Assembly: GCA_963693365.1 (NCBI GenBank)
Contig: CAVNZM010000001.1
Location: 19,662,125-19,726,124 of the forward strand
From: Amoebidium appalachense
Lineage: Eukaryota; Protista; Ichthyosporea
Reading direction: 5' to 3'
Length of the DNA stretch: 64,000 bases
Below the pieces are notes generated by a model. It was not told the DNA's origin, did no database searches, and saw only the letters and a list, made by a program, of their open reading frames with translations. The translations under genes and the position numbers were made by a program. Every line of letters begins with the position of its first letter. The stretch's first letter is position 1. This document shows, piece by piece, positions 31,617 through 44,132 of this stretch.

Positions 31617-34600
31617 TAGAAAGAAAAACTGCTTGTGGGTCACTGTTTTTCGTCACTGTATTTGTAACGGGCCGCTCATATTTATATAACTACTTTAAGT
31701 ACACGTGTTCATTATCATATACGATGGCCAAATATAGAAATTTTGGCGTCGAAGTTCTTGGAGCTAAAAAAACGTTTAAAAGGGGGAAATAATAGCTTGG
31801 CCCCAAATTTACCTTGCCGTTGTTAGCGAATGTATTTTTTATTCATGAGTTCTAGCAATTCAGTGAGTGCACGTGCCTGCCTCAGGCTGATCATGACAAC
31901 TGCAACACACCATTCCTAAATGGATATCAACCAAAAGAAAATAGTATATACTGTGGTGGTATCCTAAACCTTGTGCGGCATGCGCATACATGATATTACA
32001 GTGACACAGGTGCATATTCAATGATGCATCCGAAATGTACTCTGATCGGAGAACTTAGCGGCCATAAGTACTCTGACCGCAGTACTTTAGGAATGCTTGT
32101 TTCGGAAGGATACCGCGAGCTATTGGGGCCCAGGAGCCCGCTTTTTTTTGTACAGCCAGTAAGAAAACATAAGTTTACACCTTTTTTGTCTTTGGTACGG
32201 TAACTAACAAGGCCTTCCCTAGCTTTTATTGGTTGCCGACGCTGTTGCAAGTTTTTGAATTCATGCTCGACAACAACATGATTGATGATCAAACGGACGA
32301 AACTTGCTGAGTCCGCGAACACAACAAGCCATGGGTTTCATGTGAAAGATGAGCGCCCAACATGGCCAAAACATTAGACCCAATAGAGTCACTTTATTCT
32401 GGAGCTCGTGTCTGTTGTTTTGCATACATATTTGACGGGGTTCAGGGGGAAGATTTCACAGATGACACCACACGTTGGTCTTACAAGAAGTTCGGCCTGA
32501 GTTGGGACACACAAATACTGGTTGGCACAGTAGTGAAACGATGCAAGACAAACGAAGGCAGTGAATGGAAAGTAAAGTTTGATTTTGACGGTACCACAGA
32601 AGTAGTTCTGCGCCATCAGCTAACTTTAATAGATGAAGAAGACAGTGAACACACAAGTAGCGAGCTAGAGAGTGATAGTGACGAAGATCCAGATGGAGAC
32701 ATCCAACAAGTAGAGATTCCTGTCACAGACAGTGAGAATGAAGATGAGATAGAACTTGTAGATGAACAAGTAGAGTTACCTACCCCCACCGACCCCACGT
32801 GCACCTTGCAATGGACCATTCCAGATGAGCAAGTACTTGACAAAAGAACAGGCCCACGCAGAAAACCAACCATTCCACTAGCACTAAACAAGCGCAAGAG
32901 TGTTCTGTGTTTGTTTGAACACTTCATGCCTATGGAGTATCTCTTCACAGCAGTCATTCCACTCACAAACGAAGTAGGTCGTGCACGTTACAAAAATTGG
33001 GTTGACTTAACCCCGGGTGAGCTACTTAGGTGGTTGGGTATGTGGATTTACATGGCTGGAACATTCGAACCCGGCTCGAGATCGAACTACTGGACGTCGG
33101 CAGCAGAGAACCCAAGCCACATATTTCCCGTACACGACTTTGCCCGCTTCATGACCGAACACCGGTTCGAAAACATCCGTGCCTGCTTTACCGTCACCGA
33201 CATCACTCAATATCCGGAGGATGATCCACTGAAAGACACACGCGGTTTCATGGAAGCACTGCAGAGTCGGTGCCGTTGCTCTATCGAGCCCGGGGATGAA
33301 TTATGCGAAGACGAGGCCATCTTTGCCAGCTATCATTGCAACCTTCCGTGCCAAATCTATATAAAACGAAAACCCCACCCTCTCGGTCAAGAAATAAAAA
33401 CTCTACACGACTGTGTAACCAACATACTCATTAACTTCGAAATGAACGAGGGGAAGCTTAGGATGGCAAGCAAACCGTACCGACAGTTGGGAGCTGGAAC
33501 AGGCACCACCTTGCGTCTTCTAACCCCAAGGGCCAACCCCACCCACCGTAACCCCAGAACGATCGTCGGAGACAGCTGGTTTGGGTCAGTAACCGGGACA
33601 AGGGAAGTGTACAAAATCGGATTCTACGCACTTTTCAATGTCAAAACCGCAACCAGAGACTTTCCCCTCAACATGTTGGACCTTCTATGTGAGGAAGGAC
33701 GTGGTGTATGGTCGGAGGCAGTGTGCAGTGTGGACGGAGTAGACCTCGTTGCGGTGTTATGGAGAAACAAGAACTACAGTATGAAAGTGATCACCTCATG
33801 TTCAAGTACTCAGCCGGGTCAACCGAGAAAAATCACGAAACGGAAATGACGTCCCCCAACCGAAAGCAGTCGAAGAATACTTCGAAAACTACAACATGGC
33901 CGATATATTCAACAAAACACGAATGTTAAACGGCTCTGTGGACGAAGCCTTGGGCACTAAACGTCACCAACTCCGCACCTTTGGGGGGCTTCTGGGGTTT
34001 GTAGTAGCAAACGTACACTTTGCATACAGATACTTTGGCAAATCCACAAACACGAGCATGGACACAAGGCGTGAGCTAGCAGAAGCACTCATATGCAACC
34101 CCCACCTGCCTGCACTAGAATACCCCCTTCCCCCTGCTGCTCCTGCCCCCCATGCTCTACACGGACACCAGCGTGCCAGAAAAGAAAGAAAAGGTAGATG
34201 CGTTCTCTGCTTTAGGAACAAAGGGGAACGCCACCAGACACATACCTACTGCATCAAGTGTAATGTGTTTCTCTGCAATGATCAAACACGTGCATGCTTC
34301 GAAAACCACATCACACATGGTGTTCCTCCACGCACACGCACCCAAGTCAACACAAACACAGGCCCGGTACGATCACGCAGAAACACTACACGTTAAAGTA
34401 CCTTCTGCCCACTGGTCAGTTTCTGTACATTGCGCAACACTCATTTGTCGTTTTCGGATTAGGGGTGATTTGTTTGGTTTTTATTCGTTTCTTCGAAACT
34501 GTTTGTGGTAACTAGATGCTAAAAGGGTTATTTGAAGTGTGTGTACCGAAAAAAACGAATTTGAAAGCTGATGTCAATGTTTCTCAAACGAAAAATGCAC

Positions 34601-35050
34601 CTGTGGTGCAAAAGCAACAACGTGAACGTTTAAAGTATGCATCTTTGGCACGCATTTGTAACAAGTTTGACGTTTTTCTTGGCTCAGGCCTATGGCCTCC
34701 CGGTGCCAGAACCCGTAAAGTGCAAAATAAGCCATACCAACAAGCATTCCGAGAAATTATTGTAGTCATGGGGTGCGCAAACACTACAAAGTTCTCCGTA
34801 AATTGAAGCTCAAAATCGTTGAATGCCTACCATTACTTACTAAGCCACTACCCCGCCAAGAATTTTTCTACGGTTTTTTTGTGATGTGCTTGTTCCCTGT
34901 CACGTTAGGGTAAAATGGTGAGAAAAAGAGAGTAACACGTGCAAAACTGACCCTGCGCCAGGCGTTTTTATACGATGACGTCATACAGTACTCTGGTTGG
35001 AGCATTTATCGATTCAGGTCGGATCAATATTATTGTTCTGTACACCGGAG
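31373..35050 (+). mobile_element. piggyBac-like DNA transposon
   Basis: Candidate 16-bp TIRs CTCCAGTGTACAGGAC (31373-31388, preceded by TTAA at 31369-31372) and GTTCTGTACACCGGAG (35035-35050), 2 mismatches. The right flank is TGTG rather than TTAA. Encloses the transposase. Confidence 0.6.
32362..34396 (+). CDS. piggyBac-like (PGBD/DDE_Tnp_1_7) transposase, intronless, one frameshift near 33840
   Basis: Motifs ELLRWLGMWIYM, FMTEHRFENIRACF, CEDEAI (D1), YIKRKPHPLG, VGDSWF (D2). After a frameshift: DVPQPKAVEEYFENYNMADIFN (D3) and a C-terminal Cys-rich domain RCVLC...TYCIKCNVFLC...CFENH. Confidence 0.9.
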
Positions 35051-36277
35051 TGTGGTGCACGTGGCTGTTTTGTGCACATGTTACAATAGCAGCACGATCT
35101 CCCTAAACTCCATGTTTACACATCCCTCACCCTGGCTCTGCCTTGTCGGTGCTCCAAAACACACACACAAATCCCCCTAGACTCAGTGCCTGCACATGGT
35201 CGCATTCACGTGCAGGTCACGTGAAACATGCAATGCCATACTGCCGTCTACAGCAACAACCACGGCAGCATGTATACCGGCCCAGCACGAAATATACTTA
35301 TCGGCAGCCCACTGAACTCGCCCATTTTCTCTTTTTCATGTATGACCCTCCTTTTTTTTGAAATCACCCTTTTTGGCCTCCCGGTAGTGGATTTTGCAGG
35401 ATTTGACTTCTTTGAGGTCCAAAAACCTCAAATTTTCCCCGGCGGGGCCGGGGAGGGAGAATTCAAAAATTGCCCGCTCCTGATATGGTACCCGGGCCGC
35501 AGCCTTGCATACCAAACGGTGCACGTTGAGCCAATCGATTGTAGGAAACCATGGGGTTAGAAAAGCAAAACCAAGCTCTCCTTGCAACATTTTAAAGTAA
35601 AACTTGGAAATTTGGGCAATCCCCCCGACAGTTTTCCATGCAAATGATGCAAACGCTATAGCGCACATTGACCCAATGCATGTCATGGTGGTTTGTAAAA
35701 GTCTCAACGCCTTCTAGGGGAATGTACAGACACCTACAAACACTTTAGGAGCCCACTATAATCCCCCCCAAATCGATAAAGCCCGGTATATTTGTGGAAT
35801 CCATCGATATCTTCCTACCCTGCTGAGCTGATGCCAACTTTGCCAAACGGCCGGCCCGACACGGTCACGGGCCACCGTTTGTACATCTGGTTCAAAAAGA
35901 CTGACATTAGACTGTACTATACAGTATCATAAGTTTATGTAGCCTACTTACACGTGTGTAGAACAAGATCCAAGAGGGGTAGTAGATATGTATATATATG
36001 TGCCCAATATAATATACGCATTGGCACGGTCGATCCAGCCTCCCAGCCGAAGGGTGTGGAAGAAGCGGTTCTTGGCTCGCAGTCGCTCGTATTCTGATGA
36101 TCAACTTGGCCCCCGGTTATATCATACATGCTTGAACCTGTTAATGATTTACTTGGCAAAACTTTCGAAGCCTTGCGCTATACAATTATAAACGTAATAT
36201 TGGGGTAGGATGAGGAACATTCCGCCACGGTACACTAGGTGCTAGTTTGGTTACCCGTGTGCGGGCCGACAGGCAGT

Positions 36278-36738
36278 ATGTCGGTCAACAACAACTATGG
36301 CGGGTTCGAGCAGTTTAATATAGACGAGTCTGAGGTTTGTCCCCTTCCCCGCGACCTGTGCCCCCTCCCCCGCCCTCCCCCCCCCCCCCCCCCCCCCTCC
36401 CTCCCCCTCTTTCCCCCTCCCCTCTCCCCGTTCTCCCTCCCCCCCCCCCCCCCCCTCCCCCCCACAACCCTCCCCTCGTCCCCCCCCCTTTTCCCCCTCC
36501 TCCTCCCTCCTCTCTCTCTCTCTCCCTCCCCCGCCTCTCCCACGCCCTCTCTCTGCCACCTCTCCTTCTCGGTCTTCTCTCACTCGCCTTCTCTATATCC
36601 CTTCCCCCCCCCCCCCCCCCCTCTCCTCTATCTTTCTCTCCCCCCCCCCCCCCCCCCTTCCCCCCACCTTCCCCCCCCTCCCTTCCTCTCTTTCCCTCTT
36701 TCTCCGTCCCTCCCTCTCTCTCTCTGCCCTCACTCTCT

Positions 36739-36830
<92 letters not shown>

Positions 36831-36960
36831 TCTCTCTCTCTCTTTCTCCCCCCCCCCTCCCCCCCCCCCCCCCTCTCTCTCCCTCTCCCTCTCTCTCCCT
36901 CTCCCTGTCTCCCTGTCTCTCTCTCTCTCTTTTATTTTGTTGACCCAACTTTCTCTTCTC

Positions 36961-37001
<41 letters not shown>

Positions 37002-37067
37002 GCCCCCCTCCTCCCCCCCTTCCCCTCCCCTCCCTCTCTTGTCCCCCCTCCCTTTCCCCCTTTCCCC

Positions 37068-37098
<31 letters not shown>

Positions 37099-40000
37099 TT
37101 TTCTGCTTGATTTTCGTCCTAGCTTACTAGTAGCCGTTTAGCTTGCGTGTGTCGATTGATTTGGAAGGCTGCTGTTTGGGACCACAAATGGCAAATTGGT
37201 GCCTCTTCAAACTGTGACCTATGTGCTTGTCTTCATCATTGTTTTCATGCTGATCAGTTTTTTGGCTTTTATAAAGAAGGCAGAATTTTACTAATCAATA
37301 TTATGCTAAATCCTCCGCTCCCACCCTTTCCCCCTCCTTACACACACGTACACACCTGTCCGTACTCCAACCGAGCCCACTTCCTGTTACATGACATGCA
37401 CATGCAACTTTGTCCCCTGAAATTCGAGTCTTCAGTCTAGACACTGGCGACACCTTACACACAAAATAATGCACTGACCGATTGCTTTGATGTTGCCGGC
37501 ATTTTCCCGCAAATTCCAGTTTACGGTGTGACGACTTTGCTCTTTTCCACAGCTATGTTGTCTGGGAGGAGGGGAGGTAAGGGGGAGGGGGAGGGGGAGG
37601 GGTCGAGGAGAGGGCCATTTTCATGTATTTCTTCTTTCTCTTTATCTTTTAGCCCCCTCCCCCCTCCCCCCTTGATTCTCCCGTCCATCTGATGATTCAG
37701 GTCTTTCGGGCCTAGTAAGGTTTTGGTGGGGCCTTTTTGAATTTGCTCGTTGCCAGCTCTCGTTGCCAGCTTCGTCTGCCCTCACCCCCTTCTATATGCA
37801 CCTACTCTTATTCCACCCACACACTCTTGGTCCCCCTCACAACCGTCCTTCCTCAGTGGAAAAGTCTGGACGGGCAAAGTTTAGGCCTCACGTTATCCCC
37901 TATACCATTCTTTATGATGCCTTGGTATTTTGTGTAAATACCCCCATCCCCCCCCCCCCCCCCCCCCCTCTCTCTCCCCTCCTCCTCCCCCCCCCCCCAA
38001 AAGGCACTGACGTCTGTGCAGTTTCTATACAATGGGCCAGGGGAGCACGAGCAGCTGTGGCAGCCGGGCTACACCTATGGGCTGGACCTGCAGACCGGCA
38101 ACCTGGGCCTGGGCCAGAACCCACACCAGCAGCCCCTGACCCTCTCGGCACTGCCCCACCACTCGGCCCCACCGGGACAGGGCCAGGGCCACGGGTGTGT
38201 CTGTCTGTGTGTGTGTGCGCGCGCGTGCGCATGTGTGAGTGTGAATGTGTGTGTGTGTGTATTTGAATGGGGGGAAAGGTCCGGTGGAATGGGAGGAGGA
38301 GAGGGGAAGGGGGGGAGGGAGAGTGAGGGGGGATGGCTGGATGAATTGAAGGTGGGCCGGTGCGGGGGTGGAGGTGGTCGACAATGGAGGATAGATATGC
38401 GGTTTGTGGAGTGAAGTGAGTCACTATGTGTGTGTTTGCATACAGCTGGGTTTGGTGCCCATGCACCCGAACGTTTGTATGGAAATGCCTGCATTCATGT
38501 GTGTGTGCATATATATTCTGCCGTGTTGTAGTTCTGTGTGTGGCCCTGTGTTTGCCTGCATATGGGTGTCTACGCTCATGTTCGTGCGTCCCTGTGTATG
38601 TCTGTGTGTCCGTGTGCGCGCCTGTATATGTACCCGCGCCTGCGCGCTCGCCTGTGTGTGCCTGTGTGCCTACTTTCCGTTCTGCACGATGGCTGCATGC
38701 TGGGCCATGACTGACTGTGGCTGCAGGTTTGGGCTGGGCCAGGCGCCGTATGTTGAGGTGCTGGATGCTGGGCCGGGCTACCAGTCCCAGCCCTTGGCCC
38801 TGCAGCAGCCCAAGCAGCCACCCCCCCGGGGCCAGGTGGCTCCGGGCATCTATGCCCAGCCCCAGAAGAAGGGCCAGTCCAACCAGCAGCCGGCCCAGCC
38901 CCCCTATGCCGGGGAGACACTGGGCGGCCTGCCCCCCCTGATGGGCTTGGGTGGCCCCACACAGCCCCCGGCACAGGGGGCCCTGGCCGGGCTGGGGGAC
39001 ACGGGCAGTGGGGCAAAGGGGCCGCTAGGGGGCATGAAGCTGCCGACCAGCGGTGCAGCAGGGAGTGGGGGCTATGGGCTGGGGCTGGGAGCCACCAGCA
39101 CGGACTCCAGCATGGGGCTGGGGGGGCAGCATGCCTACGCCCAGCCCCTGTCCCTCAGCCAGGTGGGTGCTTGGGTGTCTGGGGCCTGCTGTGGGTGGGG
39201 TGGGCCTGACGGGGCACGGTGCAGGGCCAGTACGGCGGCAGCCTGTCGGGGATCAGCAGCAGCCAGTACGGCAATGTGTCCACCAGCAGCCTGGGGGGCT
39301 ACTCCACCCCTCAGGGCAGCTACCAGCAGCAGCAGCCCACCCCGCCCGTGGCCCAGCAGAAGCAGCCGGCCAAGCAGCAGTCCGGCCTGTCCGGCAGCTA
39401 TGCCCCGAGCCTGGGCAGCCTAGGAGGTGGGGGCCTGGGGGCCAACAAACAGGGCCTGGGTCTTGGGGATGGGGGCCTGGGGTGGCGGGGTGACCTGGAC
39501 CTGGGCCACGGCTATCTGGAGACCCCGCTGCAGCAGCAGCTGCCCCAGCAGGGGCCACCGCCCCAGCAGAAAAAGGGCCCGGGGCCACCCAAGCGCCAGC
39601 AGAGCATGGGCCAGCAGCCACCCCCCCAGCAGCCCCAGCAGGCTGCACCGGCCCCACAGCGCAAAGCTAGCACTGGTGGGGGGGGCAGGCAGGCCAAGCC
39701 GCCGACCCCGGGGGGCCAGAAGGCCGGAGCAGGGCCACAGGGCCAACGGGCAGAGGATTTCACTCTGGGCCAGGCGCAGCAGGGGCGGGGCCCGGAGATG
39801 GGGGGCTACGAGGACGAGGGGGGCCTGGACTACGAGTACGGCTACTACCACCAGGGCTTTGCCCAGCAGCACCACCCCGCCCAGCAGCCCCAGCAGCGGC
39901 CTTCACAGGGCCAGCCCCCTGCCCACACCCAACCCCAGCCCCAGCCCCAGGTCCAGCCCCAGCGCCACATGCAGCAGCAGCCCCCCCAGGCCCAGCAGCA

Positions 40001-40943
40001 GCGCTCTGCACCCGCATCCCAGCAAACCCCCCAGCCCAGCCCCAGGCAGGCCCCACTGGCGCCTCCACCGCAGCGCCAGCCCCCCCCACCAGGGCAGCAG
40101 CAGGCCCCAGCCAGGCCCCAGCAGCAGCCCCCACCCCCCCAGCAGCAGCAGCACCCGGGCCAGCAGGCACCCCAGCCTCAGCCCCAACAGCGCCCGCCGG
40201 CCCAGGTGCCCCCTCCAGCCCAGCAGCAGCGCCTGCCTCAGCAGCCTGCCCAACGGGGCCAGCAGCAGCCTGGCCACCCGCACGACCCCACCATGCCCTT
40301 ACCTCAAGGCGGCTCGTCATGGCAGAAGGACCCGACTCCCCCCCCAACAACCCACAGGCGCAACCAAACGCCGTAACTCACGGGCCGGGCCGGAGGGCCG
40401 ACCCGACAAGGACGGCCCTAAGGGGCCGGCGGACAAGCGGCCCAAGCGGCAGCATAGCAACAGCGTGGAGGCCGGCCCAGATGGGGCCAAGGGCTGGGGC
40501 CAAGGGATCGAGCAGGGGGTGGCCTCGTACGGGTTCGTGGATGGCTACCCGGGCCAGACCCAGGGCTGGGGGCCGGCCAAGCAAGGGGGTGGGCCAGGCT
40601 GGGCGGGATGGGAGCACGAGCACGGGCTGCGTGTGGAGTCGCCAGGACAGGAGGGCCCGGACGATGACGTAGACATGCTGCCCATGCAGCGCCAGCGCCC
40701 AGACCCAAGGGCTATGCCCCCTCAGCAGCAGCAGCACCGGTCCTGGGACGGTGGCCCGGCTCAGAAGCCCCCGCAGCAGCAACCCACCCCCACCCAGAAA
40801 CCACAGCAGCAGCAGCCCACCCCCACCCAGAAACCACAGCAGCAGCAGCCCACCCCCACCCAGAGGCCCCAGCAGCAGCAGCAGCCAATATCTATCCAGA
40901 AGGCCGTGCAGCCCCAGACACAGCCCCCACTGGCTCAAAGGCC

Positions 40944-40979
<36 letters not shown>

Positions 40980-42919
40980 CCAGCAGCCACAGCCGCAGCA
41001 GAAAACCCCCACACAGAAGCCCACCCAGCAGCCCCCCACACCTACCCAGAAGACTGCCCAGCCCCAGCCCCAGGTGCCATTGGCCCAGAAACCCATCCAG
41101 CAGTCCCAGTCTCCACAAGTTGGCCAGCCGGGCCAACCCCCTGCCATGGGCCCAGCTGTGCGCAGGCCTACTCAACCCCAGGCACTTGGCCAGGACCAGC
41201 TCAAAGAGGCCCCACCACCACAGCAACGTGGCCCGGCTCGCCCCGATCCGCACACGGAGCAGGCAACAGGGCCGGTGAAGGCTGGCACCGAGGGTGTGCG
41301 TGGGCAGACAGAAGGCGGCATGCAGGGCAAGCCCAGCCAGGCGGCGCAGCAGCAGGGCGCAGACCAGGACCAGGACGGAGATGCCCCGGCATCCCCTACA
41401 AAGGGCCCACGCAGCAGGGTGGGTGGACACGGGATTGGGGCCTGCCTATATAGAACTACTGACAATGCTTGTGAGTCTTAGTGTGGGTGGGGGTTGGGGG
41501 GGGGGGGGGGGAGGGGAGGGTGACGGTAGGCCAGAGCGGGGAGAAGAGAGGAGTGAGGAGTAATCTGGGGGAGAGGGTGGGTGGTGGAAGAAGTGGGGAA
41601 CAGTGGGTAATGGTCTGAAATGATGTGGGACAGCGCAAGAAGGCCGAGGGAGAGCCCAAGCGGCCGGTGACGGCATACACACGCTACCAGAAGGAGGTCA
41701 GGAAGGACGTCATGAAGATGCACCCGGGCCTCAAGATGACGGTGGGTGCTTGCACCGGGGGGGGGGGGGGGGGGGGGGGAGGTTTATGCACTTGCACTGT
41801 GGGTTTGTGGCCTGGATGATGCTGGTCATGTAGCATGGGCTGAGCCATGGTTGGTGTGTTTGGTGGGATGTGCACTCAGTGAGATGGGGGTGGTGGGGTT
41901 GAATGTCAGGATCACCAAGTAATGATGAATGTCTTGGTGGGGGTTGATCGGAGGGCATGAGACGAGGCAAGGAGCACATGCCTTTTATAGAAAGCATGCA
42001 TTTCACGTTTATTTTGTAGGAGTGTGGCAATTTGTATTTGCTTTAAGCGGAGCTCAAGTGGGTCATAGTGGTGTAATTGTTGGTGACCATCTCTGGCACA
42101 TCACATAGGCCTCCTGGTGTGTAGCCGTCACACATGGGCTGCAATGGGATGGGGGTGTGTACTGTCATGTATGGCATGACATTTGTGTCAATGTGTGCTT
42201 AGCACATATGACACGACAATTGTGTTAGTGTGTGCGTACTATATGTGCTTGCCATGTATGGCATGACAATTGTGTCCGTGTTTGCTTGTCATGTATGGCA
42301 TGACATTTGTGTCAATGTGTGCTTAGCACATATTAGTGTGTGCGTACTATATGTGCTTGCCATGTATGGCATGACAATTGTGTCCGTGTTTGCTTGTCAT
42401 GTATGGCATGGCAGTTGTGTCTGTGTGTGCTCACCATATGACAGGAGGTCAACCGGATCATCAAGGGCATGTGGGACGAGCTAGGGGAGGATGAGAGGGT
42501 TCCGTTCCAGGAGGCATACGAGCACGACCTAGAGGTCTACCAGGAGGAGGTCACCGTCTTCAAGGAGGCCCAGGGTGTGTGTGTGTGTGTGTGTGGGGGG
42601 GTGGGTGGGTGGGTGGGTGGGTGGGTGGGTGGGTGGGTGGGTGTGTCCTTGTGCCTTTGTGCCGTGCTGTGTGCTTCTGGGTCTGTGTGCTGGTTCGTGC
42701 TGGTGTTTGCATGGGCACAAGGATTGCTAAATGCAAGTGTATGCTTACACCTGTGCATGCTTGTGTTTGTGTCTGCGTGCTTTTCGCCATAGCTTGACGT
42801 ATGAGGGTGAATGTAACTCCCATGTTGCTACCATGCCTAGGTTAATAGCATACCCCCCCCCCCCCCCCCCCCCGCCCCACACACACACACCACCACAACC
42901 ACCACCATACGCGCGCGCG

Positions 42920-42961
<42 letters not shown>

Positions 42962-44096
42962 TATGCACACGCACGTGCACACATAAAAACACACTCGCAT
43001 CCAAACCTACCTATCTTTGGCTAAGACTGGCGACCCACCAAAACTCAAACGTAGCAGTATCGTAGTTGAGATTAGGAGAATGATTGGGTTGCAGGTAAGA
43101 CTTGATGTCTAGGCCTCTTGTGGATGGGGTCTGTCTACGTTGCATGCTATGTGGTCACCTGGTTGCATAATGTTCTTTGGTCAGGCCTTTGTGTTGGCAT
43201 TCGGTACCATGCACCACATTCATACAACACCACCACCCCCAGAGGCCAAAGCACACGAGGCACGAGAGAAAGAAAAGGAAAAGGATATGCCACCGGCGCC
43301 AACAGGGAGGGGAGAGACGCCTGTATTCGAGCAGCCACGATCCAGCAATGATGGTGGGGAGCAGCGTGTGCGGCTGCTTGAGAGTGCACAGCAGGCATTG
43401 CAGATGCAGCTGGAGGCAGAGAGACGGGCACGAGACGAGGATAGGGCCCAGGCAGAGAGGAGACTAGCCATGGCCAGTCAGAGTGACAAGGAGAGGGCGG
43501 AGTGGTTTGAGGGCCAGATGAGAGAGGTTGACAGGGAGAGGAGGGAGGCTTTGGATGCAAGCAGACAGGCGGAGGAGAAAGCAGAGCAGGAGAAGGGGTT
43601 GAGGGCAAAGTTGCAGGCCGAGTTGGAAGAGGCAACGAGGAAACTGGAGAGGGAGAGGAAGGCGTGGGAGGAGAAGGAGAAGAAGAGGGAGAGGGAGAGG
43701 CTGGAAAGGGAAAAGGAGAAGGTAAGGGGTTTTTGTGTGTAGGAGTGTGTGTACATGTGTGTGTGCGTGCCTGTGCCTGTGCCTGTGCGTTTCTGTGCCT
43801 GTGGCTGTGTTGCCTGCCAGTCCTTCTTTCTCTTCTTCTTTGATATCTCTACTAGGCATCGATTTGCAGCTACATGCTTGCTGTATGTGCATAGCTATAA
43901 ATGAGGCCAAAGTGAGTGGGGCAGCTGGGATATTCCTACGTTTTTTTTAGTTTTATAAAGATTTGCACCGAATCAGGGTTGCGAATGGGATATTACGAGT
44001 GTCCTTTGGTCTAACCTGGCATGGTGGTTGTTATGGTTTGAGGGCGGCGGCCGGGTGCTGGTGGGTGGGTGGGGTTGGTGGTGGTGGTGGTGGTGT

Positions 44097-44132
<36 letters not shown>

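Noticed and set aside
31996-32322. 108-aa divergent minus-strand ORF inside the piggyBac left arm
   Set aside because: Non-ATG start and no recognisable motif; cannot be supported as a gene.
39427-40340. N-terminal part of the 684-aa ORF and antisense ORFs over 38.5-41.4 kb
   Set aside because: Shadow frames of the GC-rich Q/P exon; only the part after about 40340 is in the true frame.
43053-43066. GCAGTATCGTAG resembling part of U4 snRNA
   Set aside because: The match is only about 12 nt; the flanks and an Sm site do not fit.
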